A DNA stretch of 30,927 nt. Origin: Escherichia phage ESSI2_ev129. The stretch lies in sequence record NC_049394.1; one strand, 5' to 3'. Below the pieces are notes generated by a model that saw nothing but the letters and a program-made list of their open reading frames with translations, was not told the origin of the DNA and did no database searches. How positions within the stretch are numbered: position 1 is the first letter of the stretch; each line of letters opens with the position of its first letter. The position numbers were made by a program, and so were the translations under genes. Shown piece by piece: positions 1 to 9,393 of this stretch.

Positions 1-43
1 ACAGAGTAGATCGTCGGCAGCGTCAGATGTGTATAAGAGACAG
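1..43. other. Illumina Nextera adapter / Tn5 mosaic-end sequence (library artifact, not biological)
   Basis: Bases 3-43 read AGAGTAGA + TCGTCGGCAGCGTC + AGATGTGTATAAGAGACAG (index-like octamer, Nextera read-1 adapter, 19-bp mosaic end). The exact reverse complement is at 30879-30927. Confidence 0.9.
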
Positions 44-196
44 GTAGCGCCGTTTTTGTCTGCGAAAGATTTATTTTGTCTGTTCATCGCTGCGCCAGCG
101 CAGCGCCATGCGCACGATCTTTTATGTATGTTGCGTTGGGTTAATTTGTTGTCTGAAGTGCTGAGAATGCGTTCTGCTGCGTCTGAGGAAGGGTAT

Positions 197-219
197 AAAA
201 AAGCCCGCTTTATGCGGGC
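197..219 (-). terminator. Rho-independent terminator closing the minus-strand late operon
   Basis: GCCCGC(203-208)/GCGGGC(214-219) 6-bp GC stem with 5-nt loop, followed on the minus strand by a T6 run (plus-strand A-run 197-202). Lies 13 nt past the stop of the last late gene at 232. Confidence 0.55.
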
Positions 220-231
220 GTGTTGTCATGG

Positions 232-1935
232 TCAGGCAATTATACTCTGGTACTTGCTCCGGGTCTGCCCGGCTTTCGTCGCCGTCTGTGTAAACTCTGC
301 GGCATTGGTTGGAGTCCCAACGGTTGGGTGTGAATGGTTCGCACATTGCTGCGCCAGCTCTGCCAGTAAATCAATGGTATCCAGCATCATGGTCAGGGCG
401 TTGATGCTCTCACTGCCAATATGGACAGTTGCCCCCATGACCTGCTGACCGCCTGCGGCCACTGATTTACGCAGTGCGGCAATCTTCTCTGTCAGGCTTT
501 CGCCAACCTCCACGGCTACAGCACCGCCCACTTTAGTGGACTGCTGTCCTGCTATGTCCGTTTCTTCGTTTCCTTCAATACTGGCCAGCCTGTTACCTTT
601 CACCGCCTGGCTGTAATCACCGGCGCTTACCTGCTGGATGGCTCCGGCCAGCAGTGTGGCGGTTCCCAGTACTGTGGTTTTATCCGTGGCTTTCACCGTG
701 GTTTTACGGCTGACCAGTTCGCGCTGTTCCGTATCGGCTTTTACGGTTCGCGCCATCGATGTTTCACTGATGGTCTGATCGGTCTGCCTTACCCAGTCTC
801 CAGCCTGCGTCACCCTCTGGGATACTTCTTCCCGCTGCTGCTGCAATTGCTCACCGGGTTTAACGTCCGGCAGGCTGGTGCCATCCGGCAGCGTCTGCCT
901 GATAAAGGGTTTATCCGGTCTGCCTCCCGTGAATGCAACCTCAACCAGCGTCCCTTCTGGCGGAAACTGAAACATACCTGAATCATTCCCGGCCATCGGT
1001 ACCGGCAACGGCACCGCTGAATAAACAGGCGTCTGATTGTCTGGATTTCCGTCTGCGTCAAGCAGCTGCACGTCCACAGCGTAACGTGGCCGGAAAGGAT
1101 CGGCAAAGTTACCGCTTTTTACCGGCTCTGAATGCGCCACGACTCTGGCCATCTTTGGCAAATGAAGCCCGGATGCCAGTTCCGGGTAATGGCTTTCAAT
1201 CTGCCGTTGCGCCGGTGTTTTCTGCAAAGGTTTACCCGTTGCGCGGTTTCTCGGCGTCCATGTGATCGCCATCGTGTCATTCGTCAGGTGAACTTTAGTC
1301 ACGCGTTCACCGTTCATCTCCACCCCTGGCCGCATAGTCTGGATCACAGGTAATGTCACAGAGTTACCGCCAGCAGCCCCCTGGCTGAACTCTGACGGGA
1401 TTTCTACGGGACGACCGGCAAACAATGATTTTTCTGCGCCTCCGACGTAAAGCGAACCATCAGGCAACTGGTACCAGATGTAATCCTGGATGCCGAACGC
1501 CCTGCCCAGATTGTTCAGCAACTGATAGCCGGTACCGTTATGGGTGAAATGTGGGATAGGGGTATCGCTGTACTGTGCATCAGGCACACTGACCGTGATC
1601 CCGCTGTTTTCTTCCAGCCAGCCCGCAATTTCACGCAAAGTCGGGTGTTGAAACGAACATGGCCACATCCTTTCAAACACACCTACCAGCTCACGAATGA
1701 ACAGACGCTGAAAACCGTTTTCTGCGGGCTGCGATCGCTCCACATACCCCGTAAACCAGCGCAAAAGCAGATCGGTATACCCCACATCCAGCCGCACCAG
1801 TTTTCCGGTGTAATCGGTTGTTGTCTCTGCGGTGATGAAGCCCCGGCCGCAGCTGTTCAGCTCCAGTACCAGGCTGGCATCCACCAGGTGAACTTCATCC
1901 GTTGAAAGGTAAAGGCGTTTTACTGGTTTCATCAT
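232..1935 (-). CDS. Baseplate hub-spike fusion protein (gpV-like OB-fold and His-rich apex, about 290-aa N-terminal extension; VgrG-like architecture)
   Basis: 567-aa ORF. Central segment PVPMAGNDSGMFQFPPEGTLVEVAFTGGRPDKPFI resembles the P2 gpV/gp5 OB-fold; C-terminal ANHSHPTVGTPT resembles the gpV apex HxH motif. ATG at 1933-1935 overlaps the upstream stop by 1 nt. Last gene of the late operon. Confidence 0.55.
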   Translation of the reverse strand: MMKPVKRLYLSTDEVHLVDASLVLELNSCGRGFITAETTTDYTGKLVRLDVGYTDLLLRWFTGYVERSQPAENGFQRLFIRELVGVFERMWPCSFQHPTLREIAGWLEENSGITVSVPDAQYSDTPIPHFTHNGTGYQLLNNLGRAFGIQDYIWYQLPDGSLYVGGAEKSLFAGRPVEIPSEFSQGAAGGNSVTLPVIQTMRPGVEMNGERVTKVHLTNDTMAITWTPRNRATGKPLQKTPAQRQIESHYPELASGLHLPKMARVVAHSEPVKSGNFADPFRPRYAVDVQLLDADGNPDNQTPVYSAVPLPVPMAGNDSGMFQFPPEGTLVEVAFTGGRPDKPFIRQTLPDGTSLPDVKPGEQLQQQREEVSQRVTQAGDWVRQTDQTISETSMARTVKADTEQRELVSRKTTVKATDKTTVLGTATLLAGAIQQVSAGDYSQAVKGNRLASIEGNEETDIAGQQSTKVGGAVAVEVGESLTEKIAALRKSVAAGGQQVMGATVHIGSESINALTMMLDTIDLLAELAQQCANHSHPTVGTPTNAAEFTQTATKAGQTRSKYQSIIA

Positions 1936-2480
1936 TAACCCAAAGCATCATTGACGGGCTTCAGCACTTTGCGTTCAAACCACGTCAGTTTTTCTTCATC
2001 TTCTCCGGCAGACTGGCCACCGGACTGTCCCACACTACCGGCAGTCTGTTTTTTTGCGGTCGTCTTACCTGTTGCCCTGGCCTCTCGCTTTTCCTGCACG
2101 CTGATATGTTCCGCCAGTGTGAATGTCACCAGCCAGGCCATTTTCCCGTCCTGCTGGGGTGCATCCAGCATTCCGCTGAACGTTGCTTCACGAAAATTAA
2201 CAGCACGGGCAACTTCATGCGCCACGCGGTACTTCTGACGATTACCACTGGCATCGGTAGCACTGGCCAGCTCAAAAATACGCTTCAGTATTTCAGGCTG
2301 TTTAAAAGGTATTTCACCGCTGATCCGCAGTTCCTTTCCCTTTGCTCCCTGCTCTGATTTTGTTGTGGCACTGGTCTGGCCGGACTGATCTTTATCCTGA
2401 AATTGCTGTGAAACAGTCACCCGCATGTTTTTCAGTTGGATGGTTTCGCCATTAAGCGCCAGTGTCGGGATCGAAGTCAT
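1935..2480 (-). CDS. Hypothetical tail-module protein (possibly gpU-like), function unassigned
   Basis: 181-aa ORF, ATG at 2478-2480 preceded by AAAGGGAA Shine-Dalgarno; overlaps the upstream gene by 29 nt and the downstream start by 1 nt. No motif recognised. Confidence 0.45.
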   Translation of the reverse strand: MTSIPTLALNGETIQLKNMRVTVSQQFQDKDQSGQTSATTKSEQGAKGKELRISGEIPFKQPEILKRIFELASATDASGNRQKYRVAHEVARAVNFREATFSGMLDAPQQDGKMAWLVTFTLAEHISVQEKREARATGKTTAKKQTAGSVGQSGGQSAGEDEEKLTWFERKVLKPVNDALG

Positions 2481-3177
2481 GAATCATTCCCTTTATTCCA
2501 TCAAGATTATCGCCAACCAGCATCATGGCAGCTGTGTAAACGGCAGACTGCTGCGGAATGTCCTTCACCAGTTCCAGTAACGTGGTACCGGTGTCTCCGC
2601 TGGCAGTAAAAACCCACGCTCTGGCACTCTTCCCCTGTAAATCATTCAGGCCGCTGGCCACATCACTGATAAGCTGGTCACGTAGCTGCGTGAACTCGCC
2701 CAGCTGTTTTTTCAGCCCTTCGATATCAAACCCGGCACCCGCCGCCTTTTGTGCATGGCTGATTGCCGCAGCAGATAAAGCTGCCCTGCTGGTTGGTACA
2801 GACAGCGGAATGGACGCAGGTAACGCAGCGGCGGTTTTCGCAGGGATCTGCATCTTTTCAATAGCCAACGCTGCGGCGGATTGCGCCAGCCGTTTGACCT
2901 GCATGAATGCCGGGGCGGGGAAAATCCCGACCAGGTTATTCAGGCTGGCCATAAAGTTTTCCTGCGTCTGTCCGGTGACCATCATAATCACCACATCCGC
3001 ATTCCCCCCTGTTCCGGCCAGGCGTTCAGCAAGATAGCGAACGGCATTAACCGGGCTGAGATATGCCCCGTTCGCTGTCTGCTGTCCCAGCCCATAAATC
3101 CACGGATGCGCAGGGACGATCGAACAGTTCAGCGCAGCAACTGAATCCGTGAAGGCCAGACGTGCTTCACGCCACAT
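2452..3177 (-). CDS. Hypothetical protein downstream of the tail fibre assembly gene (structural or accessory, unassigned)
   Basis: Track ORF is 2452..3213; start refined to ATG 3175-3177 (MWREARL...), preceded by GGAGGTG with 7-nt spacing and 5 nt after the Tfa stop. 241 aa, Ala/Gly-rich, contains ASGDTGTTLLEL. No confident family match. Confidence 0.45.
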   Translation of the reverse strand: MWREARLAFTDSVAALNCSIVPAHPWIYGLGQQTANGAYLSPVNAVRYLAERLAGTGGNADVVIMMVTGQTQENFMASLNNLVGIFPAPAFMQVKRLAQSAAALAIEKMQIPAKTAAALPASIPLSVPTSRAALSAAAISHAQKAAGAGFDIEGLKKQLGEFTQLRDQLISDVASGLNDLQGKSARAWVFTASGDTGTTLLELVKDIPQQSAVYTAAMMLVGDNLDGIKGMIHDFDPDTGA

Positions 3178-3754
3178 TTCCAGGCACCTCCGGCCACACA
3201 ATTTCTGCCGCATCTTCCGGTTGAATACGATTCAGTAAAACGCGGTATTTTTTCCATGCGGTAAGCAGCAGTGCTTCTTCTTCGGTTGCCATGTCTAAAT
3301 CAACGGCATCCTGCAATGTGGCAATGGCGTCATTGGCCTGTTTAAGCAGGCTTTTCTTTTCGGCGTCTGCCTCGCTGACTAATGCAATTCGCATGGCCTC
3401 CGCATCATCCACCCACGCCTTACCATTCCATTTTTGCAAGGCATTAGCCGGTGCTGACGTGGTTGTCCCTTCCGGGTAAGCGCCTGGCTCGGTGATCACC
3501 AGTTCATTACCGTTTTCTGTATCAAACACCACCTCACCACGGTGATCCTCACGGGAAATCCATCTTTGCTTCTCTGAATCAAAAATCGCCACAAACCCCG
3601 CTTTGATTGCCGGTGGCTTTATCGTGGTGCAGTTAGCTGGCAGTCCGGTATGCGCAGGAATAAAAGCATCACCCGAACCAATAAATTCATTCGTATCGGA
3701 ACGCAGGTTATAAACAGTAACTGTTTGATCGGTTTCACTCATTTTAAAAGTCAT
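3167..3754 (-). CDS. Tail fibre assembly protein (Tfa / P2 gpG-like chaperone)
   Basis: 195 aa immediately downstream of the tail fibre with ATGA start/stop overlap at 3754; acidic C-terminal region (..LLLTAWKKYRVLLNRIQPEDAAEIVWPEVP) typical of the Tfa family. Confidence 0.75.
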   Translation of the reverse strand: MTFKMSETDQTVTVYNLRSDTNEFIGSGDAFIPAHTGLPANCTTIKPPAIKAGFVAIFDSEKQRWISREDHRGEVVFDTENGNELVITEPGAYPEGTTTSAPANALQKWNGKAWVDDAEAMRIALVSEADAEKKSLLKQANDAIATLQDAVDLDMATEEEALLLTAWKKYRVLLNRIQPEDAAEIVWPEVPGNVA

Positions 3755-5328
3755 TATGCGAGTCTCACTATGTAGTTAAATGCAATATTCTTAACGGTCG
3801 TTTCTGCGTTGCCCGACGCGGCGACGGTAATGGTGTGACTGTGTGCGCCAATGGCTACGGTATGAGAGTGAGCGCCAATACCTACGGTGTGATTATGTGC
3901 GCCAATGGCTACGGTGTGCGCGTGGTTTCCCGCCGAACTGGTTGCGGCTCGCCCCTGATCGCTACGTGGTACCCCCCAGTCACTACCACCTGATTGCACA
4001 TTCCCGCCATAACCAATGGTGTGCGTATGCGCTCCCGTGGTATTTGTCGTTTTCGTGCCATAGTCAAACGTAGTCGCCGTTTTAGTGCCGTAATCAAAGG
4101 ATGATGTTGGTTTTGTCCCCAAATCCGTACTGGATGCACTGGCGGTGTGGGCATGGGATTTATTGCCATCATCTTCATAGGAGAGAACTGCGCGACCGTC
4201 TGGTTTCCCTTTGATAGTCTGCCCACGCGCATCAGGAATTACGCCCGATGGATACGCGATTGCCAGTAAAGGATATGCAGCCTTATCAAAAGATTGTCCC
4301 TGCATAATTGCCCACCCTGCCGGTGGGATATCTGTTGACCACGGAAGCGGCACACCAACCGGCAGAACATCACTACGACTTAAAACGGCCAGTTCACCCA
4401 GATCCAGGCTTTTTCTTGCTTTTACCTTGTCGTTAACATCAGCAAGGTTTGCATCCTTACGCAAAAAATCACTGCTGGCCTGCTGTTCTCCCAGGCTACC
4501 TTTTGGCCGTAAATCCGTGATGTTGCCATCCACATCAATGCTGGCCACAGCAAACACATAATGCTGAACCCCGTTCTGAACATAATCAGCAAGATTTGCA
4601 GTCACCGTGATTTTGCTCTGCACATTCCAGACACTGGTCAATGTCCCTGTCCAGCACACATCCAGCCAGACTTTTACCGGCTTTGTCGTCACCGTAATAT
4701 TCTGATTCGCAGCCAGTGACGCACGCAATCCAGCCACATAACCCGTGCCTTTCGTGACAAAAAACTGATTGCCAGTTTTGGCTACCAGATAGCCGTTACC
4801 AAAAAACGCCGCCGCACCATAGATATCCATATTTTCCAGGCGCTGGCGCTCATCCATTCCGGCCATACGCGCAGTAAAATCAATCTGCCAGGTTTCAGCG
4901 GGTGTATTAATCCCGGTTTCCGTCTGTGCGCCGTTGTACTCCATCAGAAACGAGCGGGTCAGCACGTTCCCCTGTTGCCCTTCTTTTGTTTTCAGTTTCT
5001 GCTGTGATGGTGCATGGACAATCATTGCCAGCGTACCGCTGGCCTTATTGAGCAGACCGATCCAGTTAAAACTGAAATCACCCACATCTGCGCCCAGCAC
5101 TACGGAATAGACCACCCCGTTTTCATTCACCACACCGGTGCGGGTAACAGCCTGCCGGTGAACAATCTGTGCTGTCGGTGGCAACGCTTCATTGCGGTCA
5201 ACAGGTGTATCCGGGTTTAAATCCGGCACACTGGCAAAAACAAATTCGTCCAGTAGTACCGGTTCACCCGTTGCGCCCTGCTGTGCTTTCCAGTTTTCAA
5301 ACGCCAGCGTGATGGCTGTCTGTGACAT
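3754..5328 (-). CDS. Tail fibre protein with tail-collar domain and C-terminal His-x-His repeat tip
   Basis: 524 aa. Strong Shine-Dalgarno AAGGAGG upstream of ATG 5326-5328. Collar-like segment [33 protein letters not shown]-terminal repeats FDYGTKT x2 and (H-x-H-T-V/I) x5 (..[34 protein letters not shown]..), encoded by three 27-bp DNA repeats at 3841-3921. Confidence 0.8.
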   Translation of the reverse strand: MSQTAITLAFENWKAQQGATGEPVLLDEFVFASVPDLNPDTPVDRNEALPPTAQIVHRQAVTRTGVVNENGVVYSVVLGADVGDFSFNWIGLLNKASGTLAMIVHAPSQQKLKTKEGQQGNVLTRSFLMEYNGAQTETGINTPAETWQIDFTARMAGMDERQRLENMDIYGAAAFFGNGYLVAKTGNQFFVTKGTGYVAGLRASLAANQNITVTTKPVKVWLDVCWTGTLTSVWNVQSKITVTANLADYVQNGVQHYVFAVASIDVDGNITDLRPKGSLGEQQASSDFLRKDANLADVNDKVKARKSLDLGELAVLSRSDVLPVGVPLPWSTDIPPAGWAIMQGQSFDKAAYPLLAIAYPSGVIPDARGQTIKGKPDGRAVLSYEDDGNKSHAHTASASSTDLGTKPTSSFDYGTKTATTFDYGTKTTNTTGAHTHTIGYGGNVQSGGSDWGVPRSDQGRAATSSAGNHAHTVAIGAHNHTVGIGAHSHTVAIGAHSHTITVAASGNAETTVKNIAFNYIVRLA

Positions 5329-5338
5329 AAAAACCTCC

Positions 5339-5926
5339 TTACAAACTCGCGCTGAATGTTGCGCTGCGGGCTTCCGTCCCTGCTAACGTCGCCGGGTAAA
5401 CCACATATTCCCCCTGATCCCACCCGGCCCGGATAACCAGGCTTTCAGACGTGATCACCTCAAACTGATAACGGCGGCATGTTCGCCCGTACTGGCGGAT
5501 TATCTGGATCAGCAGCTGCGTGTTGTCTGCAATCTGGCTGTCTGTAACCCGAACCAGAATCACATCCCAGTCGATATCCGGTTGCCGTTCTAACAGTTCC
5601 ACATAACCAATTCCCAGCCGTTCAAAGATATTGATAAACCCCTCTACTGAACCGGCATCCCGCGCATTCACGAAGGCAAAAGCCACGCGTTTGCGGAACA
5701 GGGTCAACGGTTCACCATCAAAGCGGGTGATATCCCGGTCATAAGCCAGCAGGTTCAGTAATGCCGGTGTACACGTCAGCGGATCAAACTGGTTCACTGG
5801 CCAGGTAACCCAGCCGTAAACCTCAGCCCAGAACCGCCGCGCCGTTTTCAGTAATTTCCCCGGTTCGCCTTTATTCATCCAGGAAGGCAAGACCATCCCG
5901 GCCAGCTTTTTCATGAACTCATTCAT
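5339..5926 (-). CDS. Baseplate/tail protein, P2 gpI-like
   Basis: 195 aa. Segment [25 protein letters not shown] resembles the conserved gpI motif (W.P.TCP..LLP.LA...D.WD). Position between the J-like gene and the fibre matches the P2 J-I-H order. Confidence 0.6.
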   Translation of the reverse strand: MNEFMKKLAGMVLPSWMNKGEPGKLLKTARRFWAEVYGWVTWPVNQFDPLTCTPALLNLLAYDRDITRFDGEPLTLFRKRVAFAFVNARDAGSVEGFINIFERLGIGYVELLERQPDIDWDVILVRVTDSQIADNTQLLIQIIRQYGRTCRRYQFEVITSESLVIRAGWDQGEYVVYPATLAGTEARSATFSASL

Positions 5927-7103
5927 TCTCGATATTCACCGTCAGTGATTTCAGACGCGGCACGCTCAGTTCACTGGTAATGTCTCCCAGCGAAAATGTC
6001 AGTGATTCCGTCTGCGCAAAAGTTTTATGAATTTCCCGCCCCAGTTGCGAAAAGGAAAACCGCGAATATGGCCACGTCTTTCTGACGTCATAATCAGCAT
6101 TTTCACGAAAGGCACAGCGGATCATATTTTCAATGCCGCCTTTCAGCGTTTTCACTTCTTCGTCACTGAAGTTGTTCAGATTTTTGACATAAACCGTGAC
6201 GGCCAGATCGTGAAGCGTTTCCGGCATGGGGTAACACTGCATATCATCACCATGCCCGTGGTGCCCCAGCGTGTTGATATAGTCATTCACTGCATCCACG
6301 AACGGCGCTGATGCCACCCCACTGTCCAGTAATAAAAAGGCGTTGGCTGTTCCTGGCCCCCTCGGTGCTTCATGCTCAAAGAAAATCCGATCGATACTCA
6401 ACCCGGCAACACTGGCGATCATTGAGCGATAAACCGCATCAGTGTGGTAATTCCCCACCAGATTGAACTGATTGCGGCAACGCTCGCGCAGTTCATCATC
6501 ACTTTCCTCGTCAGCCCCCGGCACGGTCAGCCAGTTTTCCTCACTGGCCACGTGGCTGATACCACTGACCGCCACCGGCAGAATGCGGTAATATCCGGGC
6601 GCAAGGTTATATGCGCCCCCGGCGCCAGTGGCTTTCACCGGTAGCAATGCGCTGGCCGCACCGGAAGTGATCACCACATCCTCAGTGGTGGCCAGCTCAT
6701 ACACTCGCCCGTTAATGCGTTCTGTCTGGATAATCGTCCCGGCTTTGACCGTCACAACGGCCTTTGCATCTTCTTTGAAGAACCGAATCACCCCCTGTGC
6801 TGCGCTCGCCGGTTTTGCCGTGACGTTCACCGCCCAGGCCAGCAAACGCAACATGCTCCCACTGGCTGTGGCCACAAACATATTGGCCAGCACGGTTAAC
6901 ACCAGAACGTCTTTAAGCCACATCACCGGGGCGGTCACAATGGCGGTGATTAATCGCCAGAACGGTGACATGCGGGATGTATTGGTGATAATTCCCTCAT
7001 CTGCTGCAATCGCATTGAAGCGTTCCCGCACTTCGGCTTCCGTTACCGGCATACCGCTATCTTTCACCACTTCTTCAAAATCAACCTGCGGTTTTTCCGT
7101 CAT
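5919..7103 (-). CDS. Baseplate J-like protein (gp47/J family, tentative)
   Basis: Track ORF is 5919..7157; start refined to ATG 7101-7103 (MTEKPQ...), which forms an ATGA overlap with the upstream stop at 7100-7102. About 394 aa in the expected baseplate position; family call by position and size only. Confidence 0.5.
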   Translation of the reverse strand: MTEKPQVDFEEVVKDSGMPVTEAEVRERFNAIAADEGIITNTSRMSPFWRLITAIVTAPVMWLKDVLVLTVLANMFVATASGSMLRLLAWAVNVTAKPASAAQGVIRFFKEDAKAVVTVKAGTIIQTERINGRVYELATTEDVVITSGAASALLPVKATGAGGAYNLAPGYYRILPVAVSGISHVASEENWLTVPGADEESDDELRERCRNQFNLVGNYHTDAVYRSMIASVAGLSIDRIFFEHEAPRGPGTANAFLLLDSGVASAPFVDAVNDYINTLGHHGHGDDMQCYPMPETLHDLAVTVYVKNLNNFSDEEVKTLKGGIENMIRCAFRENADYDVRKTWPYSRFSFSQLGREIHKTFAQTESLTFSLGDITSELSVPRLKSLTVNIENE

Positions 7104-7429
7104 AAATCCACCTGCGCAGAGATCCCGCCAAAATCGTATGTACTCGCGGTTACCCACAGCCGCTTCTGACTCTCTTCACTGATTTCCACCGTACCCGGCA
7201 CAATGCGTTCATCATCTTCAATCAGTAATTCCATGCGGGTAAAAATATCCGCTCTCATTGTCGGACTACGTTCGGCAATTAATTCCGTCGCTAACCCACT
7301 TTCAATAATGGAATGAATAATGTCCTGCCCGATACTTTTTCGGTTATTACATAATTCAGGTTCATTACCGGTATTCAGAACAAAGTCACCGCCCTGAATC
7401 AGCAAATCGATATAAAGAACATCACTCAT
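7100..7429 (-). CDS. Small baseplate protein (gpW/gp25-like, tentative)
   Basis: Track ORF is 7100..7447; start refined to ATG 7427-7429 (MSDVLY...), giving an ATGA overlap with the tape-measure stop. 109 aa; segment SIGQDIIHSIIES is loosely W/gp25-like. Confidence 0.45.
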   Translation of the reverse strand: MSDVLYIDLLIQGGDFVLNTGNEPELCNNRKSIGQDIIHSIIESGLATELIAERSPTMRADIFTRMELLIEDDERIVPGTVEISEESQKRLWVTASTYDFGGISAQVDL

Positions 7430-9393
7430 GCGCCAAGCTCCTGCCATTCCATAAGCTGGGATGGCGAAAGTGCTTCTTTGGTATGGAAATGCACTTCACC
7501 AATTTTCCGGCTGTTATCGGTTACGGATTTACTGTTGCTGCTGATTGTTTTGCTGATACCACCTTTATCCACACCTTTTAAATCACCACCCGTTGACAGT
7601 GTATTTCCGGTTAATGGCTGCGTGGTTTCACTGGCCAGTGAAATATCCACGCCGGGAATTTTATTCAGTTTCTGAACAATCCAGTTCCACGACTTAAGAA
7701 ATCCCCCTTTGATTGACTTCCAGACATTATCAAACAGCGACATAATGCCGGAGGCCATCCCCTTTAATGCCTCAGACGGTGAAAATCCTGTCAGCAAAGA
7801 AATAAAGCTGTTCCATCCTTCACTGATATATTGCCAGGCTGAAGCAAAGATCCCCGCCAGCCATTTCACTACGGCGGCACATGTCTGGAAGGCTCCGGTA
7901 TTCATCACCGCTGCTTTTATCGTGTCCCAGTGCTTAACCAGCAGATAACAACCAGCAACCAGCAGCGCAATGGCACCAATCACAAGCAGAATCGGCCAGC
8001 TCATCAGGTTGATACCAATTCCGGCCATTATTGCGGCCATGCGTACCGCCAGTAACGCACCGCGCAAGAACTTCAGCGTGGTATTCCAGGCGATTACCGC
8101 TATTTGTGCCAGCCAGACAGTGGCCGTGTAGATTTTCGTAACCGCCGTTAACGCCACCCAAATCCCGCGCAATCCCATCATGATGAATCTGGATACCCCC
8201 ATCACGATATTGGCCACCGCACCCACGGCGGCAAAGCTCAGTAATGCCATCGACGCATAACCAATCACACGGGCAATGTTAGGAAATAACTGCATCCAGC
8301 GGGCAAAGGTCTGCCCCATATCAGCCAGGCGATTCAGAACCGGATACAGCACCGGGATCAACGTCAGTCCGATCACGGTCTGAATGGCTTTCAGAATTTG
8401 CACAAAGCGATCCCACGGCTTAACCATTTTTTGTGCCATTTCCTGGGTACGCTTCAGGCCGTCCGCGCCGCCCAGTTCGGTGATGTTCCGCTGAAGTAAC
8501 GCGACATTGCCGTAAAGCTGTTTAACCACTGCCGAACTGTCACCAAAGGCTGCATCCAGCTCCGCCTGGGCTTTCAGGTTCCCTTCAAGGCTTTTGCCAT
8601 ATTTGCCCTGCAACTTGATCAGCATTTCAGGCATGGACAGCATTTTGCCAGTAGAGTCAGTAAAGGACAGCCCCAGCTTTTTAGCGCCATCAATCGCACC
8701 GGTCATAAACCCTTCATAGGCGCTGCTGGCTTCCGTTCCCAGCGTCCGCTGAAGTTGCCCCAGCACGGCCAGCTGTTCATCCAGTCCCACGCCGTAGTTA
8801 GTCCCGACGCCGCGCGCACCTTCCATCAAATCCTTGATAGTGGCCATTTCTGTGCCAAAGGTTTTGCGCATATAAACCATCTTGCCCGCCAGTTGCTCGG
8901 CGAATTGAACCTTGCCCAGTCTGGTGGCATCGGCGGAAAAGTTACCGAACATCTGCCCCATAAATTCCGCCGTGTCCGCTGCTGTGGACTTGAGCGCAAA
9001 AGCCAGGGTATTGGCGACTTTCGTCACCTTCGGCAGTTCATTACCCGTCAGTCCGGCAATGGAAGCGTTAATATTTTCCGTGGATTTAACGAACTCCACC
9101 GCGCTGGCACCGTAGGTTGTACTGAAGCGCAGGGCATCACGCTGAACGGTCTTAAGCGCGGAATCATCAATCCCTTTTGCGGCGGCATCATTCAGCGCGT
9201 CATACATTTCAATTGCCGGTGATAACGCGCCCCTGATCGCCATTCCGACACCGGCCAGCGCCACCGCGCCGCCGCCAATCTGCATAAAGGCCGCTTTTGA
9301 TTTTTCCGCAAAGCCGGTGACGTTACCCTGCGCCTGTTTTAACGGGCGGGATAATTTATCAATCAGGCTTAATGTAAAATCTAATTGTTTCAT
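7426..9393 (-). CDS. Tail tape measure protein
   Basis: 655 aa, Ala/Gly/Leu-rich with a long central hydrophobic block (..IMGVSRFIMMGLRGIWVALTAV..ILLVIGAIALLVAGCYLLV..). Lies directly downstream of a chaperone gene with a frameshift site. ATG at 9391-9393. Confidence 0.85.
   Translation of the reverse strand: MKQLDFTLSLIDKLSRPLKQAQGNVTGFAEKSKAAFMQIGGGAVALAGVGMAIRGALSPAIEMYDALNDAAAKGIDDSALKTVQRDALRFSTTYGASAVEFVKSTENINASIAGLTGNELPKVTKVANTLAFALKSTAADTAEFMGQMFGNFSADATRLGKVQFAEQLAGKMVYMRKTFGTEMATIKDLMEGARGVGTNYGVGLDEQLAVLGQLQRTLGTEASSAYEGFMTGAIDGAKKLGLSFTDSTGKMLSMPEMLIKLQGKYGKSLEGNLKAQAELDAAFGDSSAVVKQLYGNVALLQRNITELGGADGLKRTQEMAQKMVKPWDRFVQILKAIQTVIGLTLIPVLYPVLNRLADMGQTFARWMQLFPNIARVIGYASMALLSFAAVGAVANIVMGVSRFIMMGLRGIWVALTAVTKIYTATVWLAQIAVIAWNTTLKFLRGALLAVRMAAIMAGIGINLMSWPILLVIGAIALLVAGCYLLVKHWDTIKAAVMNTGAFQTCAAVVKWLAGIFASAWQYISEGWNSFISLLTGFSPSEALKGMASGIMSLFDNVWKSIKGGFLKSWNWIVQKLNKIPGVDISLASETTQPLTGNTLSTGGDLKGVDKGGISKTISSNSKSVTDNSRKIGEVHFHTKEALSPSQLMEWQELGA

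Noticed and set aside
29-448. 139-aa plus-strand ORF at the left end.
   Set aside because: It begins inside adapter sequence and is antisense to the 3' end of the hub-spike gene and its terminator. No Shine-Dalgarno or motif.
6628-7182. Long antisense ORFs inside structural genes (6628..7182, 8755..9222, 11637..12158, 15112..15678, 15757..16242, 18146..19006).
   Set aside because: All lie opposite confidently assigned genes, lack Shine-Dalgarno or coupling context, and are of the size expected by chance in GC-rich coding DNA.
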